DNA from: Squalus acanthias
Lineage: Eukaryota
Reading direction: 5' to 3'
Length of the DNA stretch: 64,000 nt
NCBI GenBank assembly: GCA_030390025.1
Contig: CM059431.1
Location: forward strand, 102,736,001 to 102,800,000
Each line of letters begins with the position of its first letter. Position 1 is the first letter of the stretch. The translations under genes and the position numbers were made by a program. The notes beneath the pieces were generated by a model that saw only the letters and a program-made list of their open reading frames with translations, ran no database searches and had not been told where the DNA came from. Positions 36,987 through 49,956 of the stretch are shown in pieces.

Positions 36987-37252
36987 TAGGGTTGCCAACT
37001 CTGGTTGAGTGTATTCGTGGAGGTTTCATCACATGACCTTCAACCGCCCTGCTTGGTCAAACAATCTTTTTTCCTAGCTCCCATATTTTTATAACTAATT
37101 AATGAAAGCGTTCAATGAAAATGAAAAAATATACACAATTTATTTTAATGCCCCTATGATCTTTCTCCTGATTTGCTCCCAGCAGTGTCCAGGAGACTAA
37201 TCTTTTTTTTCCCTGGAGACTCCAGGACAATCCTGGAGGGTTGGCACTCCTA
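36987..37252. mobile_element. hAT-type MITE
   Basis: TIR TAGGGTTGCCAAC / GTTGGCACTCCTA (11/13) with a perfect 8-bp TSD ATATGGTG (36979-36986, 37253-37260). Confidence 0.88.
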
Positions 37253-37549
37253 ATATGGTGGAGGAGCAGTACGTGAAAAGATTTCTGGTATGACATGCTG
37301 TGACTGCAGTGCTTATCCATGAAGACTAACAAGGCCACTCAACCAGCTGCAGTGCACTACCCGTGGTATTAAAGGCCACTATGCTCATAATGCCACGGAG
37401 CCCTTTCAGGCACCGACAGGTAACATTTTAGGTTGTCACTTTCTTTGACTTTTTTGGACACTGATTTCTTTTTTCCTGCTTACTAAAATAACGATTGGCT
37501 GCTAGATACAGTAAAATAATTTCTCCCAGTTGGTTGTGGATGTGCTCCC

Positions 37550-39626
37550 CTAGTTGGAGTAGCAACTCGTAAGCTGCAAGTGATACAGGAGCCTTGCTAC
37601 TGACAAACTCTGATGAATCTTCATTACTGCTATGGGCATCCTTGCTGGAGTTGCGGTAGGGTCATTGCTTTCTGAACTGGCACCTACTGATATTTTTACA
37701 GAGCTATGTGACAATACTGAACTGCCACTGACAGTGTCATCCAGCTGCATTTGTGCTACTCTGCACATGCTACTGCCAGAGGACATCTCACCGTGCCCCA
37801 AGGTATTTTTGAGCATAGCACAGGACATGTCTCTTCCTAATTGTTCCCCGTGACTGTTTTCCGAGTAAGTTGAAGCTGGATATGACTGCATCGTGGAGTT
37901 TGGATTCGAAAGTCATTGTTGCAGTCATGGGAGCACTCATGAGAGATACTCCTACTGTAAGCTCTGGAAGTCCCTCTTTAAACCTCTCCCTCCTCCTTTA
38001 AGACACTTCTTAAAATCTACCTCTTTGATCAAGCTTTTGGTCACCTGCCCATCTCCACCTGTGGCTCAGTGTCAAATTTTGTTTGATAACTCTATTGTGA
38101 AGCACCTTGGGACATTTTACTATGTTAAAGGCGCCATATAACTGCAAGTTGTTGTTGTACCTATGACCTGCATAAGTGTGGATGCACTGCAGATGCCACC
38201 AGTGTAGCCACATGCTCGATGGCAGTCTATAATGCAGATAACCCAGAGTACATATCTGGGTATTAGACTTCCCTTCCACAGTCATGTGCAAGGAGGCAAG
38301 TTGCTCCTTAATTTCCTGCTGCCCTACCAATCTCATTTTAAAGCATGCCCGCTACGGTCTATATGTCCAGTAACATCAACTCAGCATGCTAGACTTTCGC
38401 TCTGTGCCAGCCAATCCCTCATCAGCTACCACTGCTACCTCATCATCAGTACTGCGTCTCTGTACTTCCTCCTGAACCACATTACGATCTTCTGGAGTAT
38501 GTGTTTTTGTGCTGTGACTGAATCAAGTGCGGTGACAGTTGGTGTGGTGGATGCTGTTCAATTCTGGCTGCAGAGCGGTTCTGTGAATGAGAAAATGTTA
38601 CATTATGAGTAAATAAGCACATTTATCCATATGGGTTCCTCATTGTCATTACATGCTCTGATAGTGCTTGGGCACTAGTACTTTATATTGACATATTCCT
38701 GTAACCTATTGTGCGTATCATATTCTATGATATGTACCATGGGCTCTGCACTGTCTTCCAAGATTTATACACCTCTTGGCTTCCAAGCTCTCCCTCCTGA
38801 ACAGCTGGACAATAGTTTTCTCCTATGGAGTCAATGGTTTATGCTCCTGGAGTCCACAAACTGGTTTACTCAGCACTCTGTGATTATATGTCTATTTCAC
38901 CTTGAAACATGAGATCAGTGAAGATTGAGACTTGGTGATTTGGTCCATGGAAATTCCTTCTTGCAGTGCATTCTCTCTCCCATCTTGGCATGTATAATGC
39001 ACTTTGCATAATGCTGCTATTTTCACTTGTAATATCTTACTTGTTACATTCTTCTTAACCTTTCCCTGTCAGTGCAGCTTTCTTTATTTATGTTTTTTTT
39101 TCACAATTATAGCTTCACATCATTTGCCTGTATGACATCATGTACAACTTTACAGTAATTCTCATCCTTAAGTCACGTAACTTTTTCTCACTTCTGTTCG
39201 AGTTCTTCTAGTCATTGACACTGTATTAAACATTTGGTGACAAAATCCAATTCTTACTTCCTCCTCTGCATACATGGGGGATAATCCTTCCTCACCAATA
39301 GTATCTTGCAAGGCTTTATTGCAGAGTCCACAAGAACTTTCAGTGCCTGCTTGCTAAAAGAAGATTTTTCTGCTCTACCTTTGAAGCTTTCATTAGTACA
39401 ATTGCACACTCCACAGCTGGATTCATGAACATCCCAACGTGTATGCCAGTTAAGTGCCTTGTCAGCTGCTTGAGAAGTATTAAAGGATTATTATTGCAGG
39501 TGTATTGCGATTAGCTATCATTTTTTTCAATACTGCTACCAAAATCGCAATTTCACAAATTGCGCATTTCAAAAATAAGCATTGTTGCGATTATATTAGT
39601 GATTCATCACTATCAGAATTTCTCCC
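37550..39626 (-). pseudogene. Decayed Harbinger-type transposon segment encoding a Myb/SANT-like protein
   Basis: Frameshifted translation at about 39380-39145: RAEKSSFSKQALKVLVDSA...IL(F)G...FNTVSMTRRTRTEVRK(K)LRDLRMR. Downstream acidic and coiled-coil segments (LVGQQEIKEQLASLHMTVE). Right end GAATTTCTCCC (39616-39626) matches the MITE 1 TIR. Confidence 0.55.
37958..38158 (+). mobile_element. L2 3' tail fragment inserted in the decayed Myb-like gene
   Basis: taagctctgg...aagcttttggtcacctg...gttgttgttg. Confidence 0.8.
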
Positions 39627-39894
39627 ATTTTCTGAAAAAAACATTTCCTTTGGCCTCTTAGTGACAAACCATAGTTGAATTTGTCTCATGTCCACGAGAA
39701 AATATACTACACCTTCCCAAGCTGGTACCATAAAGAATCAGAAAAGAGGCTGGAGGGACATTATTCATGGGCTAATTCAAATGTATGTCTGAGGGGAGTA
39801 AAGAATCTGTTCTAGCCCACTGAGCCAGTGTTGATTTTTAGCATAAAGTTAAGGAAATATGTAAAATATGCATTGCTCATTCCTGGTCTGATTA

Positions 39895-40265
39895 CAAATC
39901 CCTCCATAGCCTCGCCCCTCCCTATCTCTGTAACCTCCTCCAGCCCTACAACTCTCCGAGATCTCTGTGCTCCTCCAGTTCTGGCCTCTTGCACATCCCC
40001 GATTTTCATCGCTCCACCATTGCCTTCAGCTGCCGAGACCCTAAGCTCTGGAATTCCCTCCCTAAAGCTCTCAGCCTCTCGACCTCTCTCTCCTCATTTA
40101 AGACACTCCTTAAAACCTACTTCTTTGGCCAAGCTTTTGGTCTCCCGTCCTAATATCTCCTTATGTGGCTCGGTGTCAAATTTTGTTTCATAACGCTCCT
40201 CTGAAATGCTTTGGGTCATTTTATTACGTTAAAGGTGCTATATAAATGCATGTTGTTGTTATTGT
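39895..40265 (+). mobile_element. L2 3' fragment
   Basis: Same sequence family as 8519-8940, with a (TTG)n tail. Confidence 0.82.
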
Positions 40266-40467
40266 ACTAAGTTTGATTATTGACACATAGGGTTCTCCTG
40301 ATCAATGTTGCACTAGGTTAATGAAGAATTAATTAAACTAGGAGGCAGATGGACTAGATTTTCCGTCCATTGATTATAAATGGGTGGAAAATTAGTCCAT
40401 AATGTGCTACTGCAGACAAACCTATGTGCTGTGCTGAAGGGGAAAGATCAAACAAGGAAATAAAAAG

Positions 40468-40910
40468 AGAGGTTAATTTATGAGGACAGATTGCATGAAC
40501 CTGGCTTGTATTCCCTTGAGTTTAGAAGATTGAGGAGTGATCTAATCGAGGTGTTTAAAATGATAAAGGGATTTGATAAGGTAGATACAGAGAAACTATT
40601 TCCTTTAGTGGGGGGGAATCCAAAACAAGAGGGCATAATCTTAAAATTAGGGCTACTTAGGAGTGAAATCAGGAAGCACTTTTTCACACAAAGGGTAGTG
40701 GAAATCTGGAACTCACTCCCCCAAAAAGCAGTGGATGCTGGGGGTCAATTGAACTGTTCAAGACTGAGATCAATAGATTTTTGTTGGGTATCAGGGGATA
40801 GGGAACAAGGGTGGGTAAATGGAGCTGAGGTACAGATCAGCCATGCTCTAATTGAATGGCAGAACAGGTTCGAGGGGCTGAATGGCCTGCTCATGTTCCA
40901 ATGTTCCTGT
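40468..40910 (+). mobile_element. CR1 3' fragment
   Basis: LYSLEFRRLRSDLIEVFK...FFTQRVVEIWNSLP plus tail. Confidence 0.85.
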
Positions 40911-41254
40911 GTTCTAATTTGTGTATGAACACCTATACAGTATATAGGTAGGCCTGGTTATTATGTGAATTTACTTACCGCAGAATATTTTCCACCAGAC
41001 AAGCTATGTGATTTGGGTTAATTAATTAGAAATAAAAAATAATCCCTGCAAATTCTATCTATTGCAGATGATTGCTGCTAGGTTGTAGTTGTTACGCATG
41101 AAAGGGAAGAGACACTCTCCACTGGATCTGCATTTTCAAGTTTAGATTGTGCTATCAATTTCTAGACAATGCCTCAGTCACGTCTGGTGATCAATGTAAG
41201 CTGTCATATTACTTACTGTTTAGTGATCTGTCTTTATTTCTTGTCTCATCCAGA

Positions 41255-41930
41255 CACAAGGAATAGTTGAGGTGAATAGCATAGATGCATTTAAGGGGAA
41301 GCTAGATAAACACATGAGGGAGAAAGGAATAGAAGGTTATGATGAGAGGGTTAGGTGAAGAAGGGTGGGAGGAGGCTCGTGTGGAGCATAAACACTGGAA
41401 TGGACTAGATTGATCCCTGAGATGAGAGGGTTGATCTATGAGGAGAGATTGAGTAGGTTGGGCCTATACTCTCTGGAGTTTAGAAGAATGAGAGGTGATC
41501 TCATTGAAACATATAAGATTCTAATGGGGATTGGCAGGGTAGATGCTGAGAGGTTGTTTCCCCCGGCTGGAGAGTCTAGAACTAGGGAACAGTCTCAGGA
41601 TAAGGGGTCATCCATTTAAGACTAAGGTGAGGAGGAATTTCTTCACTCAGAGGATTGTGAATCTTTGGAATTCTCTACCCGAAAGGGCTGTGGATGCTGA
41701 GTCGTTGAGTATATTCAAGGCTGAGACAGATAAAGTTTTGGACTCTAGGGGAATGAAGGGATATGGGGATCGGGCGGGAAAGTGGTAGTTGAGGTCGAAG
41801 ATCAACCATGATCTTATTGAATGGCGGAGCAGGCTTGGAGGGCCGTATGGCCAACTCCAGCTCCTAATTCTTATGTTATGTTCTTAGTTGGGCTGAATGG
41901 CCTGTTTCTGTGCTGTACACTCTGTGTAAT
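41255..41930 (+). mobile_element. CR1 3' tail interrupted by a second CR1 3' fragment (41409-41884, TSD TAG)
   Basis: The host sequence tggactag|ttgggctgaatgg rejoins (compare 44801-44850); TAG is duplicated at 41406-41408 and 41885-41887. Confidence 0.82.
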
Positions 41931-43489
41931 AGTACAGCTATCCTTCAGCATCCTCCTCCCAAGGCTCTAATAACATTGTGTATGAGGAACTCGACTTTAT
42001 TGGAGTTTTTGCACAGTGTTGCAACTTCCTAGGTTATTTTTCTCTGAAGCTAGAAAGGTATAAATCAAATGCTTTTAAAGCGTAGTTCAGCTGGCTTATT
42101 CCCGTGCCTTCTCCCAGAAAAATGTTCACTTGTAAGATTGCTGAATTGCAATGCTGAAGCAGCTAACTTAGATCCAGAACAGAGCCCTAGAACAGAGCCA
42201 TCTGATGTACAGGCTGAGCAATTGCTTCTACCTCTGTGTATCTGTCTGTGTATCATTAGCCATTGTGGATCTGGAAACTGTGAGTGACTTAGCAAACAGT
42301 GATTTTGTAAATTAAATGTTCATGTTTTGCAATACAGACTAAACATTTCTCCTTTGCAATGATTTAAAAAAAAAACAAGAGTGGATCTTATTACTCTCTG
42401 CTTGACTTTGCTTTTAAAATTTTAATTTTTGCCCCAAAAGATTTTACAAATAATATTTCAGTCCCAGATTCCTAAAACAGGAATCTGATAAGTTGTTTGT
42501 TTCTTTCGGTCCCAGAATTGATCGGCGCTCCACTAGTTTGGACAAGTGGGGCACATCATGGCTCGGCAGAGAGGAAAACTGTTTGATGAGTTACAACCCT
42601 ATTTTATCTGGCATGCTTCATCTGAATAAACAGGAGGTTCGCTCGCTATTACAAAAGCCAGCAGAGAGTCTACAATGGCTGGTGCTCGCATGCCTTCCTG
42701 CACGCTCTACTAATGTGCTAAAATATGATTGTTTTACCATAAACGGTCTTTGGATTGTGGTGTCAGAGAAAAAAAATGAGTCCGTGTGTCGATGGCCACT
42801 TTTTAAATCACGATTATCGGAATTGAAAATAAGCCCTGTATTTTATGCAATGGATGTTTGTTCGAATGAGAAATAAATTACATAAGAACAGGGAATATGG
42901 TCCTTTTTCAGAAGGTTAAGGGCATCATGTTGAAAAGCATTATGGATCAGTACAGTGGGTGCCAACTTCAGCAAGCTGCTGCTGTCTTTACAGATACTGA
43001 TCAAATGCTCAGTCATTGTAAATATTCTATTCAATCACTTCCATTTAATTGTTTGGAATTAAGGTTTCTGGTGTGTTTTTCCACTGGGTCAATAATATTT
43101 TTTTTAAAACAGTCTATGAAAGCTTCTTATCTACAAGTCATGCCAACATAGAGAAAAGGCTTGCTATCCTTCTGCATCAGGAGATTTATTTGCTTAGCCC
43201 TGCTATTAGCAACATTCCCCACTAAGCAACCATCTGACAACTCATCACTCACATTGCTAAGTGTTGAACTTGGCGCATATCTCTCTCATGACCCTGCAAC
43301 TCCAGATATGAGGCATATTAAATAGCCAGCCATACATATCATTCCATTTTATAATTCAGACACATCAATTAAATAGTTACAGTAATACTTTAATTTATAA
43401 AATCAGTGGAGTGAAAATCAGCGGGTGCTGTAACAGGCGGGCGTTCCACTCTGACATCTTACTGCCCAGGCAGCGAAGACTGATGTCTA

Positions 43490-43690
43490 CCCCACTGTTG
43501 TTATAGAGGCAAAAGTGCCAGCCAATTTGCACACAAGGTGCCACAAACAGCAATGAGGTACATGATCGGTTAATCTGTTTTTGATAGCGCTGTTTGAGGG
43601 ATAAATGTTGTCCAGGACACCAGAGACCTCCCCCTGCTCTTCTTCACATAATGTCATGGGATCCATCTAAACAGGCAAACGGAGCCTCCA
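43490..43690 (-). mobile_element. Degraded partial SINE body
   Basis: Similar to the 27070-27270 segment. Confidence 0.6.
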
Positions 43691-44029
43691 TTCCCCATAT
43701 TCAAATGTGTTTTTGCACATCACGAATGCCATAACTAGGAGCATCATTTCCCCTGTACTGTGCAAATCGTGTGCTAGTGAAGCCTATTGATACATATTAC
43801 AGAGTGATTTTCTGCCCATTTACTGTGAATGAGTGGGAAATATACCCCAATAATAAGTGTTAAAATTATAAATAAGGGATAGTCCAACACTAGACAACAG
43901 AGTCAACATGGCAGCCTTTGATTTCTTCTGGGAGGTTAAATTGGGCAGGCAGAAGATGCAGAGTAGTAAATATTCCTCTGTCGGGTTGTATCTGGTCTCT
44001 TCATGTATCAATAACTAACTTTGCTGGCA

Positions 44030-44852
44030 ATTCCAGATACACAAATCACTAAAAGTAGCGACGCAGGTTAACAATGCCATAAAAAGAAGCAAACAAAGCA
44101 CTTGGGTTCATTTCTAGACAAATAGAATTGAAGAGTAGAGAAGTTATGTTAAACTTGTACCGAACCTTGGTTAGACCACACTTCGAGTTCTGTGCACAGT
44201 TCTGATCCCCATATTACAAAAAGGATATAGAGGCAGTGGAGAAGGTGCAAAAATATTTATAAGGATGATACCAGAACTGAGAAGTTATACCTATCAGGAA
44301 CGATTAAATAGGCTGGGGCTCTTTTCGCTAAAAAAAAGAGAAGGCTGAGGGGTGACCTGATAGAAGTCTTCAGGATTGCGAAGGGGTTTGATAGGGTAGA
44401 TGTAGAGAAGATGTTTCCACTTGTGGGGAGTCCAAAACTAGGGGCCATAAATATAAAATGACAACAGAAACTGCTGGAAACACTCAGCAGGTCAGGCAGC
44501 ATCGAGGAGAGAGAAACAGAGTCAAGGTTTCGAGTCGGGGACCCTTCGTCAGAACTGGAAAAGGCCATAAACATAAGATAGTCACTAATAAATCCAATAG
44601 TGAATTCAGGAGAAACTTCTTCACCCAGAGAGTGGTGAGAATGTGGAACTCGCTACCACAATGATTAGTTGAGGCGAATAGCACAGATACATTTAAAGGG
44701 AAGCTAGATAAGCACATGAGGGAGAAAGGAAAAGAAGGTTATGCTGATAGGGTGAGATGAAGTAGGGTGGGAGGAGGCTCGTGTGGAGCATAAACACCGA
44801 CATAGACCAGTTGGGCCGAATGGCCTGTTTCTGTGCTGTACATTCTATGTAA
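44030..44852 (+). mobile_element. CR1 3' fragment interrupted by a Penelope terminus
   Basis: LYRTLVRPH...FFTQRVVRMWNSLP plus tail cattctatgtaac. Confidence 0.85.
44460..44562 (-). mobile_element. Solo Penelope terminal-repeat fragment (hammerhead region) with a ~17-bp TSD
   Basis: Matches 9640-9740; flanks ggccataaatataaaat / ggccataaacataagat (15/17). Confidence 0.78.
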
Positions 44853-45911
44853 CTCCAGTTGTCAAATGAAACATTTTAAAATTTAAGAACAGATTCCAAG
44901 TGAGCTCAACCTTCCCAGTAGAAAGTAAAAATGACTACTGCTATCACTCTATGGTTGTGCAATACTTCAGGTGAGGTATTCATTCAAGGTTCAGTCATTC
45001 TGGCCTGCATAAGGCAAGTTGGGAGGTAGATTGCGTTGAGTCGGATGTTATCCACAAGGAAAACAATTTTCATGTTGACTCTGGTACGATCCACGTCATC
45101 TTCAACCATGTGTTGGCTAATTCCATTTTGTCACAATTATCTTTACCCAGCTGCTTTGAGATGGATGACATCTTGCAGGTTGGCTGTTATACGAGTGTAT
45201 TAGACAGAGGTTTGGATTTCTTTTTTGATTTACCTTTTGCACAACGGTTACAGACTGAAATCCCGTTTGATGATTCTGTTGTGTTGTCCATAAGCTATTC
45301 TGGATGCAAATTTAAAAGTTATTGTTGCACTACGAATTTGGCGATATCAGGATAAATTCAGCACCAACTTTGTACTATAATATCACAGAACCAGTGTCTC
45401 TAAACTGCAGGACGGTCTAAGTGGATGAGCTAAAGCTGGAATAGTGCTGTGCTGGCTCCAGTGTAACAGGTGCAGATTGTGTCATCACAACATCATGACG
45501 TGCACTAAGACTGATCTGCCTACATGACAGCACAAAGTTTGATACCGCAGGCTGTGGTAGACTTACGTCAGTGAGTGGATTTAAATGTGTATCTGGGTGA
45601 AGAGAAGACACGTATGGGACACTCCAACTTCAGAGCAGAGTCCCACTGCCACCGGGAAGTATTACTTGTCAGGGGTAATTCAAGCTAATGTTGTTAGTGG
45701 CCCTGGTGCCCGTAATATAACAACAGCAGTACTCTTAAAGAAGAGGAATGGGAATTTTGCATCCGAGATAGTACAGCTACTAGTTCTGTATGAATTAGGT
45801 ACATTAAGGCTTGTCTAACTAAGGATCAGTTGGTTCAGTACAGCTTAAAATGGTTCATTTTAGTTTCATATTTTTAGTGTTTATTTTCATATTTTTGAGT
45901 ATTACTTTATT

Positions 45912-46280
45912 GCCCCTTCCTATCTCTGTAATCTCCTTCAGCCCCACAACCCCCCCGAGATATCTGCGCTCCTCTAATTCTGCCCTCTTGAGCATCCCTG
46001 ATTATAATCGCTCAACCTTTGGTGGCCGTGCCTTCTGTTGCCTGGGCCCTAAGCTCTGGAATTCCCTGCCTAAACCTCTCCGCCTCGCTACCTCTCTTTC
46101 CTCCTTTAAGACGCTCCTTAAAACCTACCTCTTTGACCAAGCTTTTGGTCACCTGCCCTAATTTATCCTTATGTGGATCGGTGTCAAATTTTTTTTTTGT
46201 CTTAAAATACTCCTGTGCAGCAACTTGGGACGTTTTACTACATTAAAGGCGCTATATAAATATAATTGTTGTTGTTGTTG
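45912..46280 (+). mobile_element. L2 3' fragment
   Basis: GRAFCCLGPKLWNSLP...FKTLLKTYLFDQAF and a (TTG)n tail. Confidence 0.85.
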
Positions 46281-47039
46281 ATGTTTAAGGTAAATGTGGA
46301 TCTAACTCATTTTGAAATGCAGTAATACATTTTAACAATTGTAAAATTACATTGATTGAATATTGATGTATAATTAGTGCTTAATTCCCCCCCCCCCCCT
46401 GCCCCATTACATCTCTAATAGCAGTTCTACAGTTTTGTGTCATTCCACTGAGATATTTGAGAGAAGGATAATCCAGCATGATTAAACACGATCCTCATTT
46501 AGTAAAAACTGCTGTTATATTTATGTCTTTCCTTATTAATCATTTGAAGCAACCTGACAAATAATTCCAAACAAGACAACTTGTTTTCTATTATTATTAT
46601 AAATGTGAGAATCTTGTTATATTCACTTCACAGTCAAGATTTTTGTTATGTTTCCCCAAACTGCAAAAAAATCTGCTGCTATCAAAAGTATTATTGTCCG
46701 ATTGCTTAAAAATAGAATAAATATTTTTTTTTCTTCACTGTATGGATGACTCTTCCAGTCTTGATATTTTCCCCTTTGGATGGTATTAGGAATTGGAGTC
46801 CTGCAGCTCAGATTAGAATTTGTCCTCCCTCTTTTAAAGACTCGGGTGTTGGAACCCCAAGTCTCTCTGCTCTTTTACTCCTTTTAAAGTTTTATCAATT
46901 GGTGTACATTTCCTTTCCTTATGTGTCACCTCGCATACCTCTGGCATTAAATGTCATCTGACATCTAATCTGCCCAACTACGAATGTGTGTCCTCCTAAA
47001 ATGACTTTCAGTCCCCTTCACAGTAATCCCTGCTCTCTA

Positions 47040-48545
47040 TTTCTGCATTGTCGCTCACTGAAATAATGTTTCCGCAGATTAGTTTTGAATTTACCCCCCT
47101 TGAAGCACAGGCCATGTCCTCTGGTTCTACTGTTCTGGACCTGATGAAACAGCTTGTCATGGTCAACATTATCTAGTCCCTTTTTAGAATCCTAAAAACA
47201 GCAATCATATCACCTCTCAACCTTCTCTTTTCCAGTGAGAACATGCTCAATTTACACAATCACTCCTGATAATCCAATCCCTCCATCCCCTCAATCATTC
47301 TGGTTGCTCTTTTCTGTATCCTTTCAATAGTTGCAATATCCTTTCTGTACTAAGATGACCGGAACTGTACACAGTATTCGAAGTGGGGTCGCACCAATGA
47401 TTTATAAAGTGGCAGGATTACCTTACTATTTTGGCTCAATATTGACCTTTTCTTACATCCCATCATCTGATTTGCTTTACTCACTGCCACTGAGCATTGC
47501 TGCGAGAGCTTCAATTTATTGTCAATCAGGACCCCAGATCTCTTTAATTTTCCATGCACATTATTTTCTTCCAATTTAAGTAATCCCCCACCATCAACAA
47601 CCTGGGGGTCACCAGTGACCAGAAATTTAACTGGACCAGCCACATAAATACTGTGGCAACAAGAGCAGGTCAGAGGCTAGGTATTCTGCGGCGAGTGTCT
47701 CGCCTCCTGACTCCCCAAAGCCTTTCCACCATCTACAAAGCACAAGTAAAGAATGTGACGGAATACTCTCCACTTGCCTGGATGAGTAAAGCTCCAACAA
47801 CACTCAAGAAGCTCGACACCATCCAGGACAAAGCAGCCCGCTTGATTGGAACCCCATCCACCACCTTAAACATTCACTCCCTCCACCATGGCTACAGTGT
47901 GTACCATCTACAAGATGCACTGCAGCAACTCGCCAAGGCTTCTTCAGCAGCACCTCCCAAACCCACGACCTCTTCCACCTAGAAGGACGAGGGCAGCAGG
48001 TGCATGGGAACACCACCACCTCCAAGTTCCCCTCCAAGTTACACACCATCCTGACTTAGAAGTATATCGGCCGTTCCTTCATCGTCAAAAGCCTGGAACT
48101 CCCTCCCTAACAGCACTGTGGGAGTACCTTCACCACACGGACTGCAGCGGTTCAAGAAGGCGGCTCACCACCACCACCTCAAGGGCAATTAGGGATGGGC
48201 AATAAATGCTGGCCTTGCCAGCGACGCTCACATCCCATAAACAAATTAAAAAAAAGTCCTTTCCTGGATTTTCTGTCTCTATGTGAAGCACTTTGCATTT
48301 CTCTACTTTGAATTTCATCTGCCACCTGTCTGCCCAATGCCCCAAGTATATTCAACTCCTCCTGTAGCTTATCCCGTTCAGCTTTGGAGTCTACCATTTT
48401 CACTCGTTTTGTATCCTCTGCAAATTGTACTTGTGACTCATAACTCCAGATCATTTATGAGCAAATTAAATAAAAGAGGTCTCAAAACAGACCCCACTGG
48501 TATCATTTTCCCAGGCTGATGATAATCCCTGTACCAGCAGCCTCT
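47040..48545 (-). mobile_element. Degraded CR1 split by another LINE
   Basis: WADRWQMKFKVEKCKVLH (right part) continues into LYKSLVRPHFEYCVQF (left part). Confidence 0.78.
47582..48253 (+). mobile_element. 3' fragment of a second non-LTR LINE family, with TSD AAGT
   Basis: RAGQRLGILRRVS...LDTIQDKAARLIG, AATAAA and an A-rich tail; AAGT at 47578-47581 and 48254-48257. Confidence 0.85.
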
Positions 48546-48555
48546 GGGTTCTACC

Positions 48556-48734
48556 TATTGGCGAGGTACCGGTGTAGAGAAGCTTTCAGAGGAGTATGCC
48601 AACTCCGACAGCAACTTCCTGATTTCCGCATTAAACTGCGAATGTGCTGATGCTGGAAGATGCTGTCCGATTTACTCCATAATAATGGTGAGCGCTGATA
48701 GGCTCATCGTTTTTCCTATCGCAAAATCCGGGCC
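48556..48734. mobile_element. MITE remnant ending in GCAAAATCCGGGCC
   Basis: The terminus resembles the right end of 12077-12695. Confidence 0.4.
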
Positions 48735-48743
48735 AATATTAAG

Positions 48744-49205
48744 GAAAGAAGAAAATAAAGTACTTGCATTTATGTAGCGCCTTTCACGACCCCAGAATAT
48801 CCCGAAGTGCTTTACATTCTTTTGAAGTGCAATCACTGCTGTAATGTAGGAAACAGAGCAGGCAATTTGTGCACAGCAAGCTCCCACAAACAGCAATGTG
48901 TTAATGACCTGATAATCTGTTTTTAATGATGTTGGTTGAGGGATAAATATTGGCCAGGACACTGGGAACAACTCTCTGGTCTTCTTTGAATAGCGCCATG
49001 GGATCTTTTACATCCTCCTGAGAGGGCAGATGGAGCCTCGGTTTAACGTCTCATCCGAAAGACGGCACCTCCGACAGTGCTGCACTCCCTCAGCACTGCA
49101 CTGCAGTGCCAGCCTAGATTTTGTGCTCAAGTCTCTAGAGTGGGACTTGAACCCACAGTCTTCTGATTCAGAGGCGAGGGTGCCACCCATTGAGCCACAG
49201 CTGAC
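48744..49205 (-). mobile_element. tRNA-derived SINE (family of 23147)
   Basis: Full-length reverse-complement match. Confidence 0.88.
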
Positions 49206-49956
49206 GCCTCAGTATTTTGGTAACTTTAATATTTTTATCATGATAAATCAAATTTTTGCTAAAGCCTATAAACGCTCCAAAAACACTTTTATGTTCACAT
49301 TAAATTGCACTGCCTCCTCACCCATTCCCTAATGTACGACTGTAGAATTTCAGAGCATACTGTGATACACATTCATTTTTTCAAAAGCTGTACTCATGAA
49401 GGCCTCTGGCTATTGAAGTAAATGTCTCTGTGTTCCTGCTTGGAAGATGATGAATTATTAAAGCTACCGAAGCTGATGTGTGAGAGCATGCTGAGTACAC
49501 ACAGCATTAAGGCCAAAACCCTCCGTAAGAACTCAGCCAATAAGCCCTCAAGGGAATAAAAGCCTTTTCTTTTTGGCTGCATATAGTGACACCACTATTC
49601 CGGGCCAGAATGGAGATGACTGGGTAATTCCCCTGTCAATCACGCCTGGAGAATGCACTGCTTGCTGTAAGTGACTGGGGTTGATTTTACGCACATAATT
49701 TGATTTTCTGTAACTATCCCCCACACACTGCATTTTGCTGGAGAAATCACCCTGCTTTGGTCAGGAGGCTTTGCTGTAGTTTCGGTCATGAGATCTGTTT
49801 GCTGTAGTTCGTAGAGGCTCTTTTAAATACTGCTGTACTGCTGTTTAAATAGACTCTGCTGAAAAAATAGACTTTGGTGTAAGTCCTGCCGTCAGTGTCA
49901 ACACTCACTTTGTTTCTTTCCAGTCCTAGTCTTGTTGGTTTAGAAGATTTGGAGCG

